From positions 570,001 through 602,000 of the forward strand of contig JANQMZ010000007.1 of NCBI GenBank assembly GCA_028279805.1: a DNA stretch of 32,000 bases. Reading direction: 5' to 3'. The notes under the pieces were generated by a model that worked only from the letters and a program-made list of their open reading frames with translations, ran no database searches and was not told the DNA's origin. Positions within the stretch are counted from its first letter, which is position 1. Every line of letters starts with the position of its first letter. Positions 1 to 7,574 of the stretch are shown here, in pieces. The position numbers and the translations under genes were made by a program. This DNA is from an archaeon (GTDB lineage: Archaea; Iainarchaeota; Iainarchaeia; Iainarchaeales; JANQMZ01).

Positions 1-978
1 GTGGACGTGGCCAAAGTGAATCAGAAAGGAATAATGTTCAGCTTAATGGTTTTGATTATGATTTTGTCTGTAATTGCTTTACAGGATGTTTTCAGGGAAT
101 CAAAAATTGCACAGCAAAGAAATCCTGAAAAAACAAGAATTTTTTCGGTTAATGAAAAATATGAAAACATTAACAGGAACATTGTTGACCTGTTTAAAGA
201 GGATTATTTGAGGGAGGTTAGCCAGAGAAATTTGCCTTTTAATTATTTAATTGACGGAAACAAAATAAAATTTAATCATTCAATTCCGTGGGATAAGGGC
301 ACAATTGAAAATTATTTTGACACAATTAACACTTACAGAATTTTTATTTCTGATAAAAATTATTCAAATGCTTTTGACGGAATTTTTACACAGGTGGAAA
401 CTTTGCAGAATAGTGAATGGGGCGGAACAGCAACTGATACACATTTTTTAATTCAGCCATTCTGCACAAATTTTGAAACAGGAGACTTAAACAGGGCAAG
501 AATAACAGAATCTTTTGCAAGCCAGTGCTTAAATTCTTTTGATGAAAATAAGATGCGCAGGTTTGATGTTGACATTGTTGTAAGGAATTCAAATGAAGAT
601 TTTAATTCAGTTTTTTGTTCAAACGGCTGTTCTTCTCAAAATTTTAATCCTTCAAATTCAAATCCTTATTACAGGCTTGTAATTGATGACACCAAATGTT
701 CTTCCAAATGCAATTTAAGCCAGACTGTTTTCAGTAAACATTTTTTGGCTGATGACAATGAAACAATTATTTTGTCCGGAGCAGCGTCAAAACCTTTGAG
801 AATCAGGTTTATGAACGGCGTATTAGTTCAGAGAAACGGTGATTTTTTTGTAGATTCAAACATTCAGGTTCAGTTTGATCAAAATATTAGTGATTTGTTT
901 TTTCTGGATTTTAATTTTACTTTAACTGAACCTGATTTTAATATTGTTAAAACAAATAATCCGCAAAAACTGAATTAA
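1..978 (+). CDS. Secreted, Asn/Cys-rich pilus-associated protein with a prepilin-like (class III) N-terminus; possibly 5'-truncated by the window edge
   Basis: The ORF is open to base 1. The N-terminus VNQKG/IMFSLMVLIMILSVIAL is basic-Gly followed by a ~20-aa hydrophobic helix, as in archaeal prepilins. It has several Cys pairs (FCSNGCSS, KCSSKC) typical of an extracellular protein. It lies directly upstream of a pilin gene. Confidence 0.5.
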   Translation: MDVAKVNQKGIMFSLMVLIMILSVIALQDVFRESKIAQQRNPEKTRIFSVNEKYENINRNIVDLFKEDYLREVSQRNLPFNYLIDGNKIKFNHSIPWDKGTIENYFDTINTYRIFISDKNYSNAFDGIFTQVETLQNSEWGGTATDTHFLIQPFCTNFETGDLNRARITESFASQCLNSFDENKMRRFDVDIVVRNSNEDFNSVFCSNGCSSQNFNPSNSNPYYRLVIDDTKCSSKCNLSQTVFSKHFLADDNETIILSGAASKPLRIRFMNGVLVQRNGDFFVDSNIQVQFDQNISDLFFLDFNFTLTEPDFNIVKTNNPQKLN

Positions 979-1021
979 AGATATTTTTCTTTTTATAACA
1001 AAATAACCCATTTAAGTTAAG

Positions 1022-1029
1022 TTTATAAA
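1022..1029 (+). promoter_or_regulatory. TATA-box-like element (TTTATAAA) upstream of the pilin gene
   Basis: TTTATAAA lies in an AT-rich spacer 76 nt upstream of ATG 1105. This predicts a transcript start near 1050-1055 and a ~50-nt leader carrying GGAGGG (1095-1100) as the SD. Confidence 0.35.
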
Positions 1030-1059
1030 GGATTTAAAGCCTAAGATACTAAAATTTAG

Positions 1060-1073
1060 ACTCTCATGAGAGT
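1060..1073. promoter_or_regulatory. Perfect 14-bp palindrome ACTCTCATGAGAGT in the pilin leader (operator or 5' hairpin)
   Basis: The self-complementarity was read directly from the sequence. It sits between the putative TATA box and the SD of the pilin gene. Confidence 0.35.
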
Positions 1074-1104
1074 TTTACTCTAAAAAAAATTACGGAGGGA
1101 TTAA

Positions 1105-1533
1105 ATGAACAAAAAAGGACAGTCCGCAATTGAATACCTGATGACATACGGTTGGGCTTTGATTGTAATTGCAATTGTTGTCGGAATTCTGGTGTTTGTA
1201 TTAAGCAACACGTCAGGAGGAGCAACATGCCAGTCAAGAAGCCAGAAAATTATTCTGAAAGAATACGCAGTTGATCCTGATACTGTTGCTTTGGGAATGC
1301 AAAACGCAACAGGTTCTGATATGACCAGTATAACCTACGCAGGAGCCGGTGACTTTGGAGGAACAGGTTCAACAGCAGGAACAATTACAAGCGGAAGCGA
1401 GTTTACTGTAACAACCAATAACTTGACCGGGCCGGGTGCCGGTGAGTTTACAGACGGTGTTGTAACAATAACCTATAGTACAAGTTTGTTAACAAATCAA
1501 GACGTTAACATTGTTTGCAGCGGATCACTTTAA
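1105..1533 (+). CDS. Archaeal type IV pilin (class III signal peptide)
   Basis: The N-terminus MNKKG/QSAIEYLMTYGWALIVIAIVVGILVFVL is the archaeal prepilin motif (KG|Q-S-x-EYL plus a hydrophobic helix). The C-terminal part is Gly/Thr/Ser-rich. A GGAGGG SD lies 5 nt upstream. Confidence 0.8.
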   Translation: MNKKGQSAIEYLMTYGWALIVIAIVVGILVFVLSNTSGGATCQSRSQKIILKEYAVDPDTVALGMQNATGSDMTSITYAGAGDFGGTGSTAGTITSGSEFTVTTNNLTGPGAGEFTDGVVTITYSTSLLTNQDVNIVCSGSL

Positions 1534-1568
1534 GTGAATTAATCCGCTCTTTTTCTTTTTTTTATTTT
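1520..1568 (+). terminator. Hairpin plus long T-tract terminator after the pilin gene
   Basis: GCGGAT (1520-1525) pairs with ATCCGC (1542-1547), with an inner CAC/GTG pair. This is followed by TCTTTTTCTTTTTTTTTATTTTTTT. Confidence 0.5.
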
Positions 1569-1569
1569 T

Positions 1570-2583
1570 TTATAACAAGCCTGAGGCAACTCCGCCTAAT
1601 GCCTGTCCCATTAATAATCTGATTCCGAAAAAAACAACAAAAGCAATAACCAGCATTACCGGAATATATTTTACTCCGTCAAGCTCTTTTCCGGAATTGA
1701 TTACTCCTAAAACAAGTGAAGAAAAAATAACAGTAACAATTAATGCAATTTGAGCAAAAAACAAAATAAATGCAGGTTCAATTGCACTTGCCGGGGTTCC
1801 CACCAAGCCTGTTACGCCAATTGCGCTTCCTGAAGCACGTGAAGTGAAATCCTGAGGCAAACTGATATCCTGTGTCTGTTCTGTTATTGATTCAACAATA
1901 ATTGTTGACAATCCTAACAATGCGGGCGCGCCTATGGCTGCAGCAAAAAAAATCATTAAAACATACAGTGAAACGTTTGCATGAATTTCATGTCTAAGCT
2001 CATTATCTTCACGCAAATCAGCACTTAAATTGTTTAACAGGTCGGCAAGCTGTGCTCCTGATTTTATGCCCTGAACAATTAACCACATGGTTCTTTTCAG
2101 GATAAGTGACTTGATTTTTGCAGGAAGCTGGGTTAAAGCATCAGCCAGTCCTTGCCCTGCAATAATTCTTTTGCTTGCAGCTTTTAATTCCACACTTAAA
2201 TACTTGAATTCAGGGCGGGCTGACATGAATAAAGCCCGTTCAGTTGTCAGTCCAGCCTTAATGTTTGAAGAAACTAATTGCAGTGCGTCAGGCAAAATGT
2301 TTTCAACAAATTCTCCTTTTTTTTCAGCAATAGAATTAAGCCAGTAATATGTTCCGACTCCTATTGAAACCAATAAAATTGGAAAAGTGATTAAAAAAAA
2401 CCAGTTTAAAATTATTTGTAAAATTGCTGCAATAACCAGACTGAAAACCAAGCCGAACACTAACATGAACCCCATAAATTTTTGGGCATTTTCATGTGAT
2501 TCTCCGATGTAAATCATTTCCTGTTCAATTTTTTTCTGAATGTTGTCAGGCAACAATGCTGCAATTCTTAAATATAGTCCCAT
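1570..2583 (-). CDS. Type IV pilus/Tad platform membrane protein, TadC/FlaJ-like (single T2SSF-type domain)
   Basis: Polytopic membrane protein with the T2SSF-like segment LPDALQLVSSNIKAGLTTERALFMSA. It is the last gene of the ATPase operon. Confidence 0.75.
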   Translation of the reverse strand: MGLYLRIAALLPDNIQKKIEQEMIYIGESHENAQKFMGFMLVFGLVFSLVIAAILQIILNWFFLITFPILLVSIGVGTYYWLNSIAEKKGEFVENILPDALQLVSSNIKAGLTTERALFMSARPEFKYLSVELKAASKRIIAGQGLADALTQLPAKIKSLILKRTMWLIVQGIKSGAQLADLLNNLSADLREDNELRHEIHANVSLYVLMIFFAAAIGAPALLGLSTIIVESITEQTQDISLPQDFTSRASGSAIGVTGLVGTPASAIEPAFILFFAQIALIVTVIFSSLVLGVINSGKELDGVKYIPVMLVIAFVVFFGIRLLMGQALGGVASGLL

Positions 2584-2587
2584 AATC

Positions 2588-3472
2588 TTACCCCATTAAA
2601 GCTGGTCTTCGTGATTTTATTATTCCAATGTACATAAACTCCAAAACCATTACCGCTCCCAATAAAATCCAGAATAAAAAATCTGTTACAACAATTTTTG
2701 GAAAAGAACTTAAAACAACCAAAAAAGTCAGACCCAAAGTCGGCATTATAACCCCAATCATCATGTAAACCAATGACAACAAGCTTAGCTGTGAACCATA
2801 TTTTTTAACTGCAATTTTTTGCTCTCGCGCCATTGTTCTCACTGATTCAGCCAAAACATCTCCAATGTCTGCCCCGGCAACCAAACCGTTAACAATTTGC
2901 CAGATTGCTTTTCTGAAATAATTTGAAGGATTGTCAGCTGCTAACTGCCTTAAAGCTTCTTCCTGGTCTAATCCTGTGTTAATTTTGTCAATAGCTTTTT
3001 TGAATTCAACGCTTATCTGGCCATGATCGCCCTCCGCGACCAAATTCATTGCCCGAAATAAGCTGACCCCTCCTTTAATCTGGACAAGCATTGTTCTTAA
3101 TGCAAACATTAAATTTTTTTCAATGTTCCTGACTTTTCTTTTAACCAGAATGTTTGGATAAAAAGCTATCTGAATAAAAATTAAAAACCATAAAAGAAGT
3201 GAAACACCTAATCCAAGCAGTAAAAAATTTTCAGTTATTAAGCTTAAAAGTAATGGAATTAAAACTACAAATAAAACAAAATAAAAGCTTGGAATCAATA
3301 ACATTATTGCCCCGTATTCTTCAAGCCTTATTTTTAATTCAGCCTGATGCAATTGTTCTTTTAAACTTGGAAAAAGAAAGACAATGTTTGCACCTAATCC
3401 TTTTAATGCATGAGCCAAAGGCAATAACTTGTTTAAAGGCAAAGGAGAAAAAGGAATTAAACCGGGTTTCAT
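2588..3472 (-). CDS. Type IV pilus/Tad platform membrane protein, TadB/FlaJ-like (single T2SSF-type domain)
   Basis: Polytopic membrane protein with the T2SSF-like segment LMFALRTMLVQIKGGVSLFRAMNLVA. It overlaps the ATPase gene by 4 nt (ATGA). Confidence 0.75.
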   Translation of the reverse strand: MKPGLIPFSPLPLNKLLPLAHALKGLGANIVFLFPSLKEQLHQAELKIRLEEYGAIMLLIPSFYFVLFVVLIPLLLSLITENFLLLGLGVSLLLWFLIFIQIAFYPNILVKRKVRNIEKNLMFALRTMLVQIKGGVSLFRAMNLVAEGDHGQISVEFKKAIDKINTGLDQEEALRQLAADNPSNYFRKAIWQIVNGLVAGADIGDVLAESVRTMAREQKIAVKKYGSQLSLLSLVYMMIGVIMPTLGLTFLVVLSSFPKIVVTDFLFWILLGAVMVLEFMYIGIIKSRRPALMG

Positions 3473-4986
3473 TCTCCAATCACATCCTGAGGTTTTTTAT
3501 TTTTTTTAACTAAATTAAAAACATCATCAGGATTCATATAATAATTACCAATAACTTTTCCGACAGTGTTAACGTTTGGCAAATCGTTTTTAACCATCCA
3601 GTCCAAAATTTGTTTTTTTTCATTAATTTCATCATCAATTTCTTTTTTGGACAAGCCGGTATGCAAAGCCAAATCGTCATACAATCTTAATGATTCATTT
3701 TGTTTTGAAATTGTATCATTTGCTCCACGCCAACGGTAAATAATGTTTGCTTTTAATGTTTCCTGCCCTTCACCACGCCTTTCAGGAACAAATTCTGCAA
3801 CCTGCAAAGGACGCCTGATTCCAAGCTTTCTGTTTCTGAACATTACAATGTTTAAATGAACAGAGTCAAGCATTGATGCGGGAATTGAGATTGGAGGATT
3901 TGTAAAACGCCTGATTGTTTCTTCCGCTGTGTTTGCGTGAAAAGTTGTATAAACTGAGTGGCCTGTGTGCATAGCTTCAAACATAACCTCTGCTTCCCTT
4001 TGACGCCTTATTTCTCCGACAATAATTCTGTCAGGCCTCATTCTCAGAGAATTAACAAGCAAGTCAAGCATGTTTACCCCGCCTTTTCCTTCAGGATTTG
4101 GCTCTCTTGTGGTTAAAGGGACCCAGTGCATGAATTCCGGCGGCTGAACCTCCCTAGTATCTTCAATTGAAATCATTCTGTGGTTTGGCTGAATAAAAGG
4201 AATGCATACTCCCAAAACGGATGTTTTTCCTGAAGCTGTTCCCCCTGAAAAAATTACATTGCTTTCATATTCAATTGCTTCCCAAACCAAAGCCATTAAT
4301 TCTGACGACAAAGTTTTGTTTTTAATAAAATCAACAACTGTCCACGGGTCACGCCTGAAACGCCTGATTGTTATTGTGTTTCCTTTTCCTGAAATTGGAT
4401 AAAGAGTTGCATTGGCTCTGTCCCCGGTAACCAGGTGGGCGTCAAGCAAAGGTGTTAAAGTTGTTATTTGTTTTCCGACTCGTCTTGCGATAATGCTTGC
4501 ATAATTTTCAATTTCAGGTTCAGTGTTAATCCAGACATTTGTTTTTAGCCAGCCAAATTCTTTGCTGTAAACCCACACAGGATCTGAGGCACCGTTAATA
4601 ACCACTTCCTCAAGATTAGGGTCTGCCAATAAAAATTCTATCTGCCCCAAGCCAAGCATCTGATTTAACAATTCGTTTGTAATTATTTTTTCATCATTTT
4701 CTGATAATTTTGCAACTCCTGTTCTTAACATTTTTTGAGCTCTTTCCGAAAAATCTTTTTTCAAATGTTCCATGAATTTTGCATCTAACAATTTTTCAGT
4801 TGAAAGTTTTACTTCTCCAAGCAAAGAACTTTTCAGATTGGTTAACAAAGCTTTTGTTCCTTCACCATACTGGGGAAAATTTAAGTTATACCGTCTTACA
4901 AAAGCTTTTTTGTCTTCAATAATATTAACCTCTAATTCAACTTCGTCCGATTTTATTGTATAAGTTTTTAGCACATTTTCAGCCAT
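3469..4986 (-). CDS. Type IV pilus / archaellum-family secretion ATPase (FlaI/VirB11/TadA-like)
   Basis: Walker A GGTASGKTS, Asp box SIEDTREV, Walker B MRPDRIIVGEIR and His box TGHSVYTTFHA are all present. Confidence 0.9.
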   Translation of the reverse strand: MAENVLKTYTIKSDEVELEVNIIEDKKAFVRRYNLNFPQYGEGTKALLTNLKSSLLGEVKLSTEKLLDAKFMEHLKKDFSERAQKMLRTGVAKLSENDEKIITNELLNQMLGLGQIEFLLADPNLEEVVINGASDPVWVYSKEFGWLKTNVWINTEPEIENYASIIARRVGKQITTLTPLLDAHLVTGDRANATLYPISGKGNTITIRRFRRDPWTVVDFIKNKTLSSELMALVWEAIEYESNVIFSGGTASGKTSVLGVCIPFIQPNHRMISIEDTREVQPPEFMHWVPLTTREPNPEGKGGVNMLDLLVNSLRMRPDRIIVGEIRRQREAEVMFEAMHTGHSVYTTFHANTAEETIRRFTNPPISIPASMLDSVHLNIVMFRNRKLGIRRPLQVAEFVPERRGEGQETLKANIIYRWRGANDTISKQNESLRLYDDLALHTGLSKKEIDDEINEKKQILDWMVKNDLPNVNTVGKVIGNYYMNPDDVFNLVKKNKKPQDVIGE

Positions 4987-6275
4987 TAAAACTCATCCTC
5001 TTTTTTTTTCAGTAAAATTTCAACAACCGGTTCGCCAATCGGAGGATATTTTAAATGAGCCAAACCTGTTTGCTGTAAAATTCTGACATATTCTTCAACT
5101 TTTTTAACAGGCATGTTTAATTCTTTGGATAATGCTCCCAGTCTTGCTTTTCCCTTTTCTTTAATTGCATCATAAACCCTGTCCAAATCGGTTTCAAGCG
5201 TGGTTTTTTTGATTTCCCTGACAACGCTTTTTTTCTTTTCCTTGGCTTTTTTGCCCGTATAAGCCTGGGAAATTTCTTTTTCAATGCTTTGAGGCTGATA
5301 ACCCTGTTTTGTTTCAACCATTCCCAGTAACTTGTCAAAAACTCTTACAATGTTATCAGCTTTAACTTCATCCCCCTCACTTTGGGCTTCGTCGAGCAAA
5401 GTTTTCATTCTGTCCTCAAGTTGTTCCATTTGTTCGTCTTTAATTGAAGTTGACTTGAACTGAACAGGTTTTGAATCAATGGTTTGTGAAACTTTTGGAG
5501 CTTTTTCTGTTTTTTCCTCAACCGGAACTTTAACTGTTTTTTCAACAACTTTTTCAACAACTTTTTCCCTTGGAGCAAAATCCTTGGCTGCAAACAATCT
5601 TAAACCGGAAACAGGCAAAGATTTTCTTATTAATGCTGATGTGTCCCTGACAATTTTTTTTTCCCTTTTTGAAATTTCTTTCTCAGTATAATTGTTGGTT
5701 TTTGCTTCAAAAAAGCTTTGGGGAATATTGTTCAGAGTTTTTTCAACAATTGATTCTAAGGATAATTCAAATGCGTTGTCTTTTGAACTGACAACAATTT
5801 TAGATTGTTTTTTTTTGACAGCTTTTTGTTCAAATGATTGTTTTTTTTCCCCGAAAAACAGTTTCCACCACGATCCCTTTTCAGGCATTTCTTTTTTTCC
5901 AAGTCTTTGAAGCAAAAAATTTTTTCTTTTAATATCACTGTTTGTTAAGCTTTTTTTATTTTCAAGTTTTTTTAATTCAGTTTCCCATTGTTTTTCAATT
6001 TTTGATTTTATTTCAGTTCTGTAAGGTTTTTGGGTTTTTTGGGCAACAGGTTTTGAGGGTTTGGATGAAACAAGATTTTTTTGAATTTTTTTAAAATCTT
6101 TGGGAAATTTTTGAGCCTGTTTAAAAAAAGAATTCCACCAGTCCTGGTTTTTAACAGGTTTTTGATTTTTAATAGTGTCAGATTTTTTTTTTGATGAATT
6201 TTTAGGTTTTGAACCTTTTTTGTTTTTTGAATCTTTTTTTGGTTTTAAAAAACTTTTAAGCATTGCAAAAATCAT
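4986..6275 (-). CDS. Lys-rich low-complexity protein with a C-terminal winged-helix-like domain; first gene of the pilus ATPase operon
   Basis: A long ORF whose stop overlaps the ATPase ATG by 1 nt (TAATG). The C-terminus ARLGALSKELNMPVKKVEEYVRILQQTGLAHLKY looks like a wHTH. It has two [DS]WWxxFF motifs. GAGGAG lies upstream of the ATG. Confidence 0.6.
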   Translation of the reverse strand: MIFAMLKSFLKPKKDSKNKKGSKPKNSSKKKSDTIKNQKPVKNQDWWNSFFKQAQKFPKDFKKIQKNLVSSKPSKPVAQKTQKPYRTEIKSKIEKQWETELKKLENKKSLTNSDIKRKNFLLQRLGKKEMPEKGSWWKLFFGEKKQSFEQKAVKKKQSKIVVSSKDNAFELSLESIVEKTLNNIPQSFFEAKTNNYTEKEISKREKKIVRDTSALIRKSLPVSGLRLFAAKDFAPREKVVEKVVEKTVKVPVEEKTEKAPKVSQTIDSKPVQFKSTSIKDEQMEQLEDRMKTLLDEAQSEGDEVKADNIVRVFDKLLGMVETKQGYQPQSIEKEISQAYTGKKAKEKKKSVVREIKKTTLETDLDRVYDAIKEKGKARLGALSKELNMPVKKVEEYVRILQQTGLAHLKYPPIGEPVVEILLKKKEDEF

Positions 6276-6328
6276 TGAAAAACAAGCTCCTCGGAGTAAT
6301 TTATTTTAGATTATTTATTTAAAGGCAA

Positions 6329-6808
6329 TTATTTTGCCAGTTTTCTCTTTAAAGCTGTTTGAACGCCTTTAGATACAAATTTTTCAATGTTGCCGCCCAG
6401 AAGCGCTATTTCTTTAACCATGCTTGAACTGACATAAAAATATCTGGCATCAGTCATGATAAAAACAGTGTCAATATCAGAATCAAGTTTTCTGTTGACA
6501 ACAGCCTGCTGAAACTCAAATTCAAAATCTGACAATTCCCTTAATCCTCTTAAAATTATTTTAGTGTTTTTTTGTTTCACGAAGTCAACCAGCAATCCGG
6601 AAAAAGTTTCAACTGAAACATTTTTCAAATCCTTTACCTCTTTTTCAACCAAACTTTTTCTTTCTTCCAGTGAAAACAATGCTTTTTTGTCAGAATGGGT
6701 TGTAATGCCTATAACAATTTTGTCAAACATTTTTGAAGCTCTTTTAATAACATCAATGTGCCCCAGGGTAACAGGGTCAAAGGTTCCAGGGTAAACAGCT
6801 GTTTTCAT
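6329..6808 (-). CDS. coaD: Phosphopantetheine adenylyltransferase, bacterial CoaD type
   Basis: MKTAVYPGTFDPVTLGHIDVIKRA...ILRGLRELSDFEFE...SSSMVKEI is colinear with bacterial CoaD over the full 159 aa. Confidence 0.9.
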   Translation of the reverse strand: MKTAVYPGTFDPVTLGHIDVIKRASKMFDKIVIGITTHSDKKALFSLEERKSLVEKEVKDLKNVSVETFSGLLVDFVKQKNTKIILRGLRELSDFEFEFQQAVVNRKLDSDIDTVFIMTDARYFYVSSSMVKEIALLGGNIEKFVSKGVQTALKRKLAK

Positions 6809-7374
6809 AAAAATTCACGCATTTTTTTTGCCAATATTCTGATTTGTTTTTTTGTAAGAGTTTTTGTTTTAGAATTATCAATAATGAAATGAGCTTTTTT
6901 TAACTTTTTACTTAAAGGCATCTGGGATTTGATTATTGACAATGCCTGTTTTTTTGTGAATCCGCGGAGCTTTAAACGTTCAACTTGTTGTTTTTGGGTT
7001 GATTTGACCACTATAATGTGTGAAAAAAGAGGCTTAAAGTTTGTTTTTGATTCAAAAATAAGGGGAATGTCAGCCAAAACCGGTTTTTTAAATTTTTTAA
7101 TGCGGTTGACAATAATTTTTTTGACAAGAGGATGAAGCAATGATTCAAGTTTTTTTTTCTCAGTTTTGGAAGAAAAAACAATCTGGCTTATTTTTTTTTT
7201 ATTCGTTGTATTAAAAATTTTTTTAATGTTTTTTTTAATTTTTTTGTCATTGTAAAGGGAAGAAACAATTTTGTCAGAGTCAATTGTTTTAAATCCCATT
7301 TTTTTGAATTCGTGCAGAACAAAACTTTTGCCGGAAGCAATGCCGCCGGTTAAAGCAAAAACTCCTTTAACCAT
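6805..7374 (-). CDS. coaE: Dephospho-CoA kinase, bacterial CoaE type
   Basis: P-loop ALTGGIASGKS right after the ATG at 7374, then IDSDKI, LLHPLV and ADIPLIFE. The ORF-track start at 7422 is a TTG that would add 16 non-conserved residues. The gene overlaps coaD by 4 nt. Confidence 0.85.
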   Translation of the reverse strand: MVKGVFALTGGIASGKSFVLHEFKKMGFKTIDSDKIVSSLYNDKKIKKNIKKIFNTTNKKKISQIVFSSKTEKKKLESLLHPLVKKIIVNRIKKFKKPVLADIPLIFESKTNFKPLFSHIIVVKSTQKQQVERLKLRGFTKKQALSIIKSQMPLSKKLKKAHFIIDNSKTKTLTKKQIRILAKKMREFL

Positions 7375-7574
7375 AAAACAATTTTTTAACCAGAAAAAAT
7401 TAAAATGATATTTTTTACACAAATTCCTGGAAACACAGAAACAAATATAAACACCAAGTCGCTAATCATTAAGCTTCAAATACACATCACAAATTTAACC
7501 GGGTTCGACCTTGCCTGGTGAAAAAAAACCAACACAATTTAGGGGTCTCCAGCGCAATTTTCAGGGGAGAGAAA

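Noticed and set aside
5117-5938. Several 60-73-aa ORFs in other frames and on the other strand within the Lys-rich gene
   Set aside because: They are low-complexity A/T-rich sequence that stays open in multiple frames. Only the 429-aa frame is coupled to the ATPase start and has a folded-looking C-terminus.
7375-7422. N-terminal extensions offered by the ORF track (coaE from TTG 7422; DUF35 from 22076; RNR from GTG 7518)
   Set aside because: The conserved N-termini begin at internal starts: the P-loop right after ATG 7374, ATG 22127 after GGAGGG, and the ATP-cone after GTG 7575 with GGGGAG. The extensions overlap upstream genes or add non-conserved residues.
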